A stretch of 64,000 bases of DNA, taken from an uncultured archaeon (lineage in GTDB: Archaea; Asgardarchaeota; Lokiarchaeia; Sigyniarchaeales; SOKP01). Shown here piece by piece: positions 17,753 to 27,002 of the stretch. Positions within the stretch are counted from its first letter, which is position 1; every line of letters begins with the position of its first letter. Position numbers and translations under genes: made by a program. The notes beneath the pieces were generated by a model, which was not told the origin of the DNA, did no database searches, and was given only the letters and a program-made list of their open reading frames with translations. The stretch is taken from NCBI GenBank assembly GCA_964486045.1, contig CAZALK010000021.1:8684-72683 (forward strand), written 5' to 3'.

Positions 17753-19201
17753 ATGCCTATATGCCCTAGATGTAGAACAAGAAATAAATCTACATATAAT
17801 TTTTGTCGAAATTGTGGGAAAAAGATTAAATATTCAATTAAAGACTATAAACCAATAAAAAAGCAGATATCTGAATATAAAATAAATGAATTCATCACAC
17901 TAAAACTTGAAAATGGGAAAACTGTAATCTATATTAAAGGAAAAAAATTCATTCAGTGTAAATATTTATTAATAGAAATTCCAAAAGAGAACATTGAAGA
18001 TTATGATGAATTCATATCAATTGATGACATCAGCGAAACCCTCGATCATACCTTTGAAAAAACTATGAGTTATAATCAAATAAAACCAGAAATCGAATTT
18101 TGGGGTCATTGTTCTAATCTACAAGCCTGGTCTGAAAACACCTATGACACAAGTTTACTCCATAGTAATTTAGCTTTTCCTCTACTAAAAAAATTGACGG
18201 ATGTGGGAGATCCCAAAGCGAAAAGCGTTTTCAAAGATGAAATTGCTGAGAGGTTAACTAATGTTTACACAAATGTTGCTCAATATTTAATTCAAGAGAA
18301 CTATCTTGAATATTTTGATAATGAGGAACTGGAATTATTAATGGAAATATTTTTTGAGCAAATTGAACAGAAATTTAAAGAAAAACAAGGCTTTCTCCTT
18401 GATAAAAGCGAAATGGATATGGTTTTGAATATCATTAAACCTAATTTAAAGAATTCAAAGACTTTTTTACTTAATCATCTAAAACCTGTTGAGAAAATTA
18501 ATAAGGAAACTCATTTGGGTTTTTCTCACAAAGGAAACCGAATTATTGTTGTAGGTTTTAATCGATGTGGATTAAAAATCCTGCCCCCTTCCATAGGATA
18601 TCTAAAACAGTTAGAAGAACTCTATTTAACCGAAAATAAACTTAAGAATCTTCCAGAATCGATAGGGAATTTAAATTCTCTGAAAAAGCTCGATTTAAGT
18701 GATAATCACATAATAGAACTTCCTAGTGAAATTGAAAACTTAACTAACCTTAAAGAATTATATTTAGACCATAATATCATTACTTCTATATCTGGTTCGA
18801 TTGCTAAATTAAGAAACCTAGAGGTTTTATCAATATGGGGTAATCAATTAAGGAATTTACCAAAAAACATGAATAACTTGGATTCATTAAAAGTTTTAGG
18901 TCTGAGCTATAATCAATTGGAAGAATTTCCCAATCTTACAACAGGCTTTAAAAATCTCGAAATTTTAGATTTAAGTAATAATATAATTAAAAAAATACCA
19001 GAAACTATTTACAATTTAAAATCGTTAAAAGTTCTATGGTTAAATAATAATCCAATTAATAAAATTACAGAAAGTTTATTGGATCTTCAATCTCTCTCAG
19101 ATTTGTATATCGTAAACACACCGATAGCTTCCAAAGGGGATAATGAAATTAAAAAAATCTTTAGACTTTTGGAATCAAAAGATATTAATATCTGGAAATA
19201 G
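17753..19201 (+). CDS. Zinc-ribbon + leucine-rich-repeat (LRR) protein
   Basis: 482-aa ORF. The N-terminus is CPRCRTRNKSTYNFCRNCGKK. The C-terminal half has about 9 tandem 23-aa LRRs (LPPSIGYLKQLEELYLTENKLKNLPESIGNLNSLKKLDLSDNHIIELPSEIENLTNLKELYLDHN...). Confidence 0.8.
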   Translation: MPICPRCRTRNKSTYNFCRNCGKKIKYSIKDYKPIKKQISEYKINEFITLKLENGKTVIYIKGKKFIQCKYLLIEIPKENIEDYDEFISIDDISETLDHTFEKTMSYNQIKPEIEFWGHCSNLQAWSENTYDTSLLHSNLAFPLLKKLTDVGDPKAKSVFKDEIAERLTNVYTNVAQYLIQENYLEYFDNEELELLMEIFFEQIEQKFKEKQGFLLDKSEMDMVLNIIKPNLKNSKTFLLNHLKPVEKINKETHLGFSHKGNRIIVVGFNRCGLKILPPSIGYLKQLEELYLTENKLKNLPESIGNLNSLKKLDLSDNHIIELPSEIENLTNLKELYLDHNIITSISGSIAKLRNLEVLSIWGNQLRNLPKNMNNLDSLKVLGLSYNQLEEFPNLTTGFKNLEILDLSNNIIKKIPETIYNLKSLKVLWLNNNPINKITESLLDLQSLSDLYIVNTPIASKGDNEIKKIFRLLESKDINIWK

Positions 19202-19227
19202 AAAAATTATTTTTAGTTTACATTTGA

Positions 19228-19914
19228 TCATTTCATCTTTGTTCGAAAACTCTCAAATATTAATAACACTCCAATGATTAACGAAGAAGGCGCAGCAATT
19301 ATAGTTACGTTTAACAATAGATCTGTTGTTCCAGTAATGACAGGATAGCCCGCTAATATTTCTGGTCTTATAATGCATCCCAACCCAATAAATATTGCAC
19401 CAATAATTATTTTTATTGTCGTCTTTTTAGTTGCATCTGAATTTCTCAAAAATATTACTAGAAATATATAGGGAATGAACGATGTTCCAAAGAAAATCAT
19501 TATGAGAACAAATACAGGCAAACTGGTAAAACCTAGCAGTATTACTATAATGAAAGGAATTACTCCTGCAAAATAATGTCTTTCATAAGTTATCTTATTC
19601 ATAACTTTTTCTAAATGGATGATTTTGTTCCAAAAAGGGAAAAATAGTATCATTATTCTAATTCTAAGCAGTAAATTCGAAATTTCAATATTAGTCAAAA
19701 AAAATACTGAAAGAATGTTTATTATATTTTCGAACCCAATAAAAAAATAAAACATTTCCCATGAAAATAAGTCATTATAGAAATGGAAATCTCGCTCTTT
19801 TGTAAACCTTTTAGAAATGTATAGTTTATTTATGATCAATAATGCAAACATAATTGATAAAAAAGCACTTACGGTGAATAGTATCACACTTATTATTACT
19901 AGGCTCATAATCAT
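19228..19914 (-). CDS. Polytopic membrane protein, function unknown
   Basis: 228-aa ORF with about 6-7 hydrophobic segments of TM length (e.g. LVIISVILFTVSAFLSIMFALLII, VIPFIIVILLGFTSLPVFVLIMIFFG). Confidence 0.55.
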   Translation of the reverse strand: MIMSLVIISVILFTVSAFLSIMFALLIINKLYISKRFTKERDFHFYNDLFSWEMFYFFIGFENIINILSVFFLTNIEISNLLLRIRIMILFFPFWNKIIHLEKVMNKITYERHYFAGVIPFIIVILLGFTSLPVFVLIMIFFGTSFIPYIFLVIFLRNSDATKKTTIKIIIGAIFIGLGCIIRPEILAGYPVITGTTDLLLNVTIIAAPSSLIIGVLLIFESFRTKMK

Positions 19915-19935
19915 CTCTCTAGGTGAAATTAAAAA

Positions 19936-21231
19936 TTATTTAAGGTAAAATAATAGAACTGGCACTAGATGGCTTTTTAGTGATAATCGTTCATTTTTCA
20001 CCTGATTTACTAATCTTCCAGCCATCATATTAATAGAATCTTCAGCTAAATCGAGATTAAAGATTTTTCTGTAGCTAGGTTTATCTGGGTTTATAATAAT
20101 TTTTTTTTGCCACTGAAGACCCACGGCATTAGCTTGGAGTTGTAATCCAGCTAAAGCCATCCCGGCTTCAATTTCTGCCCAGTATCTCGGATTCATAAAC
20201 GCCTTCCCTATTTTACTATGCATAAAACCTGAACATGGCGCTTTACGATCAATACACAGTAAAATTAAGCAGTTTGATAAATCAATTCCAAATTCCTCTT
20301 CAATTTCAGTTTTTGAATTGTCGGTAGTAAATTCTTGGATAAAATGATCATAATTCACCTCCGTATTTACCCGAACCCATCTATTTAGCGCGGAAAATCC
20401 TACAGGATTATAAATATAACCTCCTTTTGGTAGATCGGCAAAATTTTCTACAAATACCATTGGATAAACAGAATAACCAGCACAACCTGAAGCATGAACT
20501 CGCCCATAACCAAATTTTTCTATACCGTCTCGATTACCATGAGTTGTATGATCAGTTTCCCCTTGGCATGCCCAGAGTAATTGGGATAGATCATGCATTG
20601 ATATGTTATTAGGAATCCGTTTTTCAATTTTATCATAAATTACAGAATCTAAAGGCACACCTTCATAAGATCCATTATATATCCCGCGATTTTTATAACA
20701 ATCTGGAGTATCAAGGAGAAATGTTCCTTCTTCCAACTCGCTTTGGTACGGTTTTGATGAATCTTCTACTAATTCACCACGATCTCTGCCTCGTACTGCA
20801 ACCGAGTATAGCCATACATGATTTTGATTTGTAACCTTATTTATGAGTTTATTTAATTTTTTTGGTGGTCTTGCACGTTGGGAGATACCAAGCCCCAAAC
20901 TTCCTACTTTTAATGAAAGATATTGCCAGCATAGTCCTACGCGAATTAAATCCTCCAAATCTATTGTATCTTTCCAAAATAATTCTGGATAGAGTTCCAT
21001 ACTATGAGTAGTTTTCTCCTTATCTGTAACTAATGTAAATTCTTTACTATTATATTTGTATATACCACCAGTATAATCATCCCCATCGGGAAGCACAATA
21101 AATAAATTATTTGCTTGCGCAGCTTGAAGTGTCGATTTACAAATCTTTAAAATGTCTTGTAACGGTAAGGGTTGACCTTCACCAGAAGAATCTTTACGAC
21201 TTGCTAGACAACCTTGTAGACTCATTTTCAT
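19936..21231 (-). CDS. SagB/ThcOx-like nitroreductase-fold protein (two-lobed)
   Basis: 431-aa ORF. LSQLLWACQGETD...RVHASGCAGYSVYPMVFVENFADLPKGGYIYNPVGFSAL resembles the SagB-type signature (LS.LLW...G.t...R..PS.GalYp.E.Y.v...v.gL..G.Y.Y.p). The N-terminal half has a weaker echo (GGIYKYNSKEFTLV). Confidence 0.45.
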   Translation of the reverse strand: MKMSLQGCLASRKDSSGEGQPLPLQDILKICKSTLQAAQANNLFIVLPDGDDYTGGIYKYNSKEFTLVTDKEKTTHSMELYPELFWKDTIDLEDLIRVGLCWQYLSLKVGSLGLGISQRARPPKKLNKLINKVTNQNHVWLYSVAVRGRDRGELVEDSSKPYQSELEEGTFLLDTPDCYKNRGIYNGSYEGVPLDSVIYDKIEKRIPNNISMHDLSQLLWACQGETDHTTHGNRDGIEKFGYGRVHASGCAGYSVYPMVFVENFADLPKGGYIYNPVGFSALNRWVRVNTEVNYDHFIQEFTTDNSKTEIEEEFGIDLSNCLILLCIDRKAPCSGFMHSKIGKAFMNPRYWAEIEAGMALAGLQLQANAVGLQWQKKIIINPDKPSYRKIFNLDLAEDSINMMAGRLVNQVKNERLSLKSHLVPVLLFYLK

Positions 21232-21586
21232 AATATTTTGTTTTCAAACTTTGAAATTAAAGACAAAATAAAGCGTTTATCATCTTTTTTTAGTGAAAGA
21301 AAATAATTTAAGACTTTCTAATTTGATAAAGTGGTAACTTTTCGAATTAAGTTATGGATTGACTAAACCTCGTGAAGATTATATAAAATTTCCTAAATTT
21401 TCCCATACTCTATTAACGAGAGAAGATTTTATTTGAAAATAAAATGTCTGAAAAGTAAATTAGAAAATTCTAATAATTAAAAAAAAAGATAAGATTTGAT
21501 AACAATTGCAAAACAGATTTTTACTATTATTATTTTTTTCTTACAATAATTTATTCCTTTTTGTAGCTTTTTATAGATTCATAGAA

Positions 21587-21859
21587 CTAAAAGCGGAAAT
21601 TTCCTCTACCGCCTCTATTATATGGGCTAGGAGGTGCTTTTTCAGTGACAACAACGTTGCTTGCTTGAGGTCCTTTTTGACCATCAACTACCTCAAACTC
21701 AACTTTATCATTTTCGTTCAAAGTTTTATATTCGTCATCTCTTCCACTTAATGCGCTGTAATGAACAAATACATCAGTTCCTTCCTCACTGTTTATAAAT
21801 CCATAACCTTTTCGGCTATTAAACCATTTTACTGTTCCTTTTACCAATTTCAAAACCAA
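21587..21859 (-). CDS. Cold-shock domain (CspA-family) protein with a short Arg/Gly C-terminal tail
   Basis: 90-aa ORF with a TTG start. It has [15 protein letters not shown] (RNP1) and VFVHYSAL (RNP2). The tail is [16 protein letters not shown]. Confidence 0.85.
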   Translation of the reverse strand: MVLKLVKGTVKWFNSRKGYGFINSEEGTDVFVHYSALSGRDDEYKTLNENDKVEFEVVDGQKGPQASNVVVTEKAPPSPYNRGGRGNFRF

Positions 21860-21876
21860 ATTTTTAATTATTGATA

Positions 21877-21900
21877 CAGTACTTTAATTTTCAAGTACTG
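21877..21900 (-). promoter_or_regulatory. Perfect 8-bp stem / 8-nt loop hairpin in the leader of the csp gene
   Basis: The plus strand reads cagtactt-taattttc-aagtactg. The hairpin ends 17 nt upstream of the TTG start at 21859. A regulatory role (for example a thermosensing leader as in bacterial cspA) is speculation. Confidence 0.3.
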
Positions 21901-22201
21901 ATTTTGTAAAGAAACAAGGAATAATAAAGTTTGACTTTTTTGAGATATTTTAAGAAATAATCTATATAAGTTCTACATTAATGGTTGTGAGAAGTAAAAA
22001 GTTGAGATTTGATTTTCTGAAAAATAAAGATTCCTTTGAAAATAAAACCCGATGATCGATCTCACATAAATATTTCACAAACCTCGTTAAAAAAATTACT
22101 CGAAGATGGTTTAGAAATAAAAAACTTTAAGTCCAAAAAAGATAATTTTTACTCAAAAATTTTGAGTAGCATTATTAGTAGGCATATAGTAATAAAGAGA
22201 A

Positions 22202-22609
22202 TTAGTAACTTCTTCTCCCTTTTTTGTTAATGCCACCACTACGGCCTTTTCCACCTCCAGGACCGCCTTTACGACTGCCTCCACCACGACCGCCTCCACC
22301 ACGACCGCCTCCACCACGACCGCCTCCACCACGACCGCCTCCACCACGACCGCCGTAACTACCACGTGAGCTTAGTTGTGGGGGGGCTTTTTTAGTTACA
22401 ACAACATTATTTGCTTGAGGACCTTTTTCACCTTGTACTACATCAAATTCGACTTCGTCCCCTTCATTTAATGTTTTATACTCATCCTCATCTCCAGCTA
22501 ATGCTGAAAAATGTACAAAAATATCATTTCCATCCTCCGAATTTATAAATCCAAAGCCTTTACCGCTATTAAACCACTTTACTGTTCCTGTTACCAATTT
22601 TTTTACCAA
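22202..22609 (-). CDS. Cold-shock domain protein with a long RGG/Gly-Arg repeat tail
   Basis: 135-aa ORF with a TTG start. It has [15 protein letters not shown] (RNP1) and IFVHFSAL (RNP2). The tail is [43 protein letters not shown]. Confidence 0.85.
   Translation of the reverse strand: MVKKLVTGTVKWFNSGKGFGFINSEDGNDIFVHFSALAGDEDEYKTLNEGDEVEFDVVQGEKGPQANNVVVTKKAPPQLSSRGSYGGRGGGGRGGGGRGGGGRGGGGRGGGSRKGGPGGGKGRSGGINKKGRRSY
22276..22350. repeat. Five tandem copies of a 15-bp unit (cgcctccaccacgac) encoding the GGRGG repeats
   Basis: Read directly: tgcctccaccacgac followed by 4 perfect cgcctccaccacgac units. The alternative-frame ORF 22153..22365 (VVVEA repeats) is an artefact of this repeat. Confidence 0.9.
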
Positions 22610-22873
22610 TTTTATTTTAATTTTTTATATGTGTGACAGAATCAATCAAAAGAAATAAATGAATGTTTTTGAAATTGAAAAGATTCAAGTAATGTTGAAA
22701 TTGTTTTAGACCTTGAAAGTAAAGAGCAAATCAATAAAATCTATAAGAAGGTCATAACCTAATTTAATTAATCAACTCTAATTGGGAGCCTGGTTTCGTT
22801 AGTTTTACATTAATGGGATTAATATAAAAAATTAAACTTCAAGAAGGTATATAAAGCCTATATTTTTTCTCGT

Positions 22874-24559
22874 TTATTTTCGAAGACTTGAAATCTCCTT
22901 TGAATATACCTTGAAAAACCATTTTATTTGGTTTTGAAAGAAGAATCTCTCTCGTAAAACATCATAATGAGATTTTTCCCTTAAACTTGTTAATTTAGCT
23001 ATATCTTCAGATTTAATATTACCCTCTTCAATTAGATTCATTCGGCATTTAAACTGATCTACCATCTCTATTGGTCTGAGGATAATTGTAATTGCTTTTG
23101 AAATTTTGGTTAACAATTTTTGAAGCTCCTTCTCTTGAAAATCAGGTAGATTTTGAATTTCCTTTAGAAATTCCCTAATTCGATTTAGCAATATTTTTGT
23201 TTTGAAATAGCTTATTAATTCTTTTGGTTTCAATATTTCTGAGAGGAATTTTAATATCCTAACAATTGCGTTCTTTTCTATGTTATTATTCTTCAACTCA
23301 ATATTTAATTTCGTCAAAAATTGCTGTTTTAGAAATTCCTTATATTTTATTATAATAGCTTTCGTTTCTTTTCGGTCACTACAAATTTCTAGTATCTCAC
23401 CCTTGGGGGTGGAATATGTAAATCCATTTCCTTCTGGTCCCAATCCTCCGAACAATACCATTGATAAGTTATAAAATTTGTAATGATTTTTTACCGACAT
23501 GAGTTTAATCAAGTTTTTTTCAAGGTTATTTATTGATACCAAATGAGTTCTTTGTTTAAATTCAATTTCAACAAACTTCTTATTATTTTTATTTCCTTTA
23601 TTTTCTAATCTCGAATACTCCTTTTGGAATGCATCAAAAAACTCCTCTATTCTTCCTAAATTCTCAACTCTCAAACCATATATTGTGTAATTATTAAAAA
23701 ACCTCATAAGTTGATCTTCATTATAAAAAAAATCGTATCCTTCTTCAGTGGACATTGATGACTTAAATAATTCTAATATGTTCTTCAACATTGAATCATA
23801 AACAAAATAAATTAAGGAATCTGAAACATTACCAAATAAATCCCGTAAATTACTTACAATTAAGGTATTTTTTTTAATTTCTTCCATAATTTTGAACTTT
23901 TTAAGGGGAATATCCCTTTTGAGTAAATTATACTCGTTAAAAATTTTTAGTACTTTAAAGATATCCCCAATCTGACCTCTTGTTATTCCATTTAGATGTA
24001 TGGTAGATAGGTGTTCAAATCGCTTTGGGATTTTGGTGACATCAATAAAAATGTCTAGATTAACAGAAGAATCAAGTAAAAGTTTAAAAAGTTCAAATTT
24101 CCTTGTTCTAAGCAACTTTGATAATACTTTATAAAAATTTTGATCCACGATTTTATGAATTCTCTCATTTAATTCTATTTCTGAATCTTGAATTGGATTA
24201 TTTTCTGAAATATAATAGAGAGCTCTTTTAATTTCAAGAATATTCCCCACCTTAAGAGAATCTATTATCCTCTGTATTTTCAAAGAGATCATGATAGCTT
24301 GAAGTACATATAGGTAACAATCAGAAATTAAATTTACTATATTATTATGAATAAAGGAAGGATCAGTTTTATAATGACTAATTAACTTTAATATCCAGAG
24401 ACTCAAGACCTCCGTAATACTCGTATGACTAAATTTGAATTTTATAATATCGTAAAAATGGATGATATACAGGTGTCGATACCTCAATCTAGTCATTTTA
24501 CTATAGGCTCTTCTCCTTATTATGCTCATCAACATGCCTTGGGAATTGATATTTACCAA
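22874..24559 (-). CDS. Large Lys/Ile/Leu-rich hypothetical protein
   Basis: 561-aa ORF with no motif I recognise. Its first ~45 codons overlap the divergent ORF 24425..25378. An internal Met at 24292 (MISLKIQRIID...) is an alternative start. However, the frame is open for 89 codons upstream of it, which is unusual by chance in AT-rich DNA. Confidence 0.5.
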   Translation of the reverse strand: MVNINSQGMLMSIIRRRAYSKMTRLRYRHLYIIHFYDIIKFKFSHTSITEVLSLWILKLISHYKTDPSFIHNNIVNLISDCYLYVLQAIMISLKIQRIIDSLKVGNILEIKRALYYISENNPIQDSEIELNERIHKIVDQNFYKVLSKLLRTRKFELFKLLLDSSVNLDIFIDVTKIPKRFEHLSTIHLNGITRGQIGDIFKVLKIFNEYNLLKRDIPLKKFKIMEEIKKNTLIVSNLRDLFGNVSDSLIYFVYDSMLKNILELFKSSMSTEEGYDFFYNEDQLMRFFNNYTIYGLRVENLGRIEEFFDAFQKEYSRLENKGNKNNKKFVEIEFKQRTHLVSINNLEKNLIKLMSVKNHYKFYNLSMVLFGGLGPEGNGFTYSTPKGEILEICSDRKETKAIIIKYKEFLKQQFLTKLNIELKNNNIEKNAIVRILKFLSEILKPKELISYFKTKILLNRIREFLKEIQNLPDFQEKELQKLLTKISKAITIILRPIEMVDQFKCRMNLIEEGNIKSEDIAKLTSLREKSHYDVLRERFFFQNQIKWFFKVYSKEISSLRK

Positions 24560-25378
24560 TCTCTGTCTTTAGACGAATACGAAGTACTTAGTCCAATCTC
24601 GGGAGAAATATTAAAGGTAAAAATTTTGTTAGCCCCGCGACCTAAATTTATTGGGGGAATCGATAAAGATTATCTTATTTTAGTCAGCAATCCTCATAAT
24701 CGTAAAATTACTTATAAAATCATGCATGTTAAACCTTATGATATTCGATCTGGACAGCAAATAAGAGTAGGAGATCCAATAGGAAAAACGATTCGAAATG
24801 GTTACTTTGCTTATTGGTCAAGTCCTCACTTACATTTAGAGATTAGACCCTCTAATGATGCTATTCGTGCTAGTGGTGGGAGAACCTTTTCATTAGCGTT
24901 TAATAAGAATAAAAGTAGAAATAATATTGAAGAACGTAAATATGAAAAAATACCTATAAAAGTCCATTCGGTTTATCCTGAATTTTACCTGGCTAGATTT
25001 TCAGAAAGACTATATAAATTTATAGATCCTATTTATGGTGTTAAAGTAAGGGTAAATAAAGAGGAATGCATACTAGATGGAGGTATACCTCATTATAAAA
25101 ATGGCACACTTATCTCCTATGGTTGTTTTGAAAGAGAAAAAAACAAATCAATTTATTTTGAAAATCAAATAATTGGAAGATTGAATGATTCAAGGGCTCA
25201 ATTTGGTTTTTTTAAATTTGATTCTTCACTAAAATTTTGTCTAAATGGGGAGGAAATTCGCGGAATTTCACTTTATTTAGCGAATTTCATACCGTTAATA
25301 AAGATTATACCATATAAAGATAACAATATTGCCTTAAACACTAACTCTACCTCACTATTAACCATTTTACCTCCTTAA
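24425..25378 (+). CDS. M23/LytM-like metallopeptidase-domain protein
   Basis: 317-aa ORF. YAHQHALGIDIY (an HxxxD-like motif with one extra residue), SPISGEILKV and SSPHLHLEIRP (HxH motif) follow the order of M23 family motifs. The C-terminal ~170 aa are unrecognised. The start is uncertain; Met at 24458 is an alternative. Confidence 0.5.
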   Translation: MTKFEFYNIVKMDDIQVSIPQSSHFTIGSSPYYAHQHALGIDIYQSLSLDEYEVLSPISGEILKVKILLAPRPKFIGGIDKDYLILVSNPHNRKITYKIMHVKPYDIRSGQQIRVGDPIGKTIRNGYFAYWSSPHLHLEIRPSNDAIRASGGRTFSLAFNKNKSRNNIEERKYEKIPIKVHSVYPEFYLARFSERLYKFIDPIYGVKVRVNKEECILDGGIPHYKNGTLISYGCFEREKNKSIYFENQIIGRLNDSRAQFGFFKFDSSLKFCLNGEEIRGISLYLANFIPLIKIIPYKDNNIALNTNSTSLLTILPP

Positions 25379-25413
25379 GAGGGAAAATAATAGAACCAAT
25401 AATATATGAGGGT

Positions 25414-26883
25414 TTAATACGCGTTAATTTTTTTTAATGATGCTTTTAGGACACTTTCGAATTTATTGCAAATAAAATCAGCATCTTCATCCGAAATACC
25501 GAGTGGAGGTTTGATCTTTATTAAATTCCGCATTAGAATCTTTCCAGAACCACTAAGATATGGCATACTAGGACCAAAGAAGATATTTTGTCTTTCTCCC
25601 TCATGTAATACTTCTTCCATTAAATCTGTAAAAGGTTCCCTTGATTTTTGATCCTTTACTAGCTCAATACCAATAAACAATCCTGGACCTCTTATATCAC
25701 CAATAACATTATAACTTTCCTGAAATTCTTTTAATCTCTTAGTAATTTGTTGTCCTCGCTTTTCACAGTTTTCCCCTAGTTTTGCCCTTTCAATGACCAT
25801 GAATGATGCAAGTCCTCCAGTACAACCAATTGGTGTATTACAAAATGTTGTGTGATCTTCAGCACCAATAAATCTTTTTTTAATTTTTGTAGATGCCACC
25901 ATGGCTCCTAACGGAAATCCTCCACCAAGAGCTTTTGTAAAACACATCATGTCAGGCGAAACATCAATTTTTAGCTCTTTTTCATACTTTTCTGTGAGGG
26001 TAAAATATTTACCACATCTCCACACAGCGGTCTGAGATTCATCATATATTACAAATATTTTTTCTTGTTCACAGGCTTCTCGTAATTTTATAAGGAAATC
26101 TGGTGGAAATGGGATGTGACCTCCTGCAGCCTGCCAAGGTTCGAGTATTACACCAGCAAGCTTTCTCGTGGTTAAGCCCATTAAATATTCCTTAACTAAA
26201 TCAAAACATTCTAAATTACATTCAGGATCCTTTTTACCATAAAACCCATTTTTATATCTCCATAAACATCGATAACAATAGGGTTGTGGCACTCTAGTAA
26301 AAAAGTCAATTCCAAACGGTCTAAATCTTGTTATAGTGTGGAATGGTTGAGAAGCTGTTAACATAGCGAGTGTATTGCCGTGATACCCTCCCCGAAAAGT
26401 AAGAAAATGATCACCTCCCTTTGATGCTATTAGAGCAAGTTTTACAGCAGCTTCAATTGCCAAACTACCCCCTTCATTATTAATATGAACTCTACCGCCT
26501 TTTAATTTCCCAGGGGATAGATCAGCTAACTTGTTGACAAACTTAGCTCGTGCTGGAGATACTACATCTGATTTGACATGAGTTAATCTGCTCATTTGTT
26601 CAGCGACAGCAAAATTTACATCTGGGTTAGCAAACCCTAAAGCTAATGTCCAATTCTGAGATGTACAATCAATCATCTCGGAAGTTTCTCCTGTTTTAAA
26701 ATCTCTTACTACAACCCAAGGAGAACCAGGTTCTTTAGCTTCAATCAACACTTTATTTCCATAATAATTGTTCAAACAGTGGTTATCAAAAAGTAGTAAT
26801 TCTTCTTCATTTACACCAGCAGATATTGCGCGTAATTCCTCCTTACTTAAAACTTTTGGATTAAAATCAACCATTTTAGACAC
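25414..26883 (-). CDS. Class III PLP-dependent aminotransferase
   Basis: 489-aa ORF. It has GGSLAIEAAVKLA, YHGNT, VIYDESQTAVWRCGKYF (cf. DEVQTGFGRTGK) and the PLP-Lys block FTKALGGGFPLGA. Confidence 0.75.
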   Translation of the reverse strand: MSKMVDFNPKVLSKEELRAISAGVNEEELLLFDNHCLNNYYGNKVLIEAKEPGSPWVVVRDFKTGETSEMIDCTSQNWTLALGFANPDVNFAVAEQMSRLTHVKSDVVSPARAKFVNKLADLSPGKLKGGRVHINNEGGSLAIEAAVKLALIASKGGDHFLTFRGGYHGNTLAMLTASQPFHTITRFRPFGIDFFTRVPQPYCYRCLWRYKNGFYGKKDPECNLECFDLVKEYLMGLTTRKLAGVILEPWQAAGGHIPFPPDFLIKLREACEQEKIFVIYDESQTAVWRCGKYFTLTEKYEKELKIDVSPDMMCFTKALGGGFPLGAMVASTKIKKRFIGAEDHTTFCNTPIGCTGGLASFMVIERAKLGENCEKRGQQITKRLKEFQESYNVIGDIRGPGLFIGIELVKDQKSREPFTDLMEEVLHEGERQNIFFGPSMPYLSGSGKILMRNLIKIKPPLGISDEDADFICNKFESVLKASLKKINAY

Positions 26884-27002
26884 TAATTTAATGATTAAAT
26901 TAAGTAGATATTATTTATAACAACATATACAAAATTAATATTATGAATCACGCATTAATATTTAAAAGAAGATATTAAATTTCATATTCTACAAAATCTT
27001 GC

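Noticed and set aside
21506-21751. An 81-aa plus-strand ORF overlapping the csp gene.
   Set aside because: It lies antisense to a clear CspA-family CDS and has a hydrophobic, low-complexity translation.
22153-22365. A 70-aa ORF encoding (VVVEA)n.
   Set aside because: It is an alternative frame of the 15-bp tandem repeat that encodes the RGG tail of the cold-shock-domain protein. It has no independent support.
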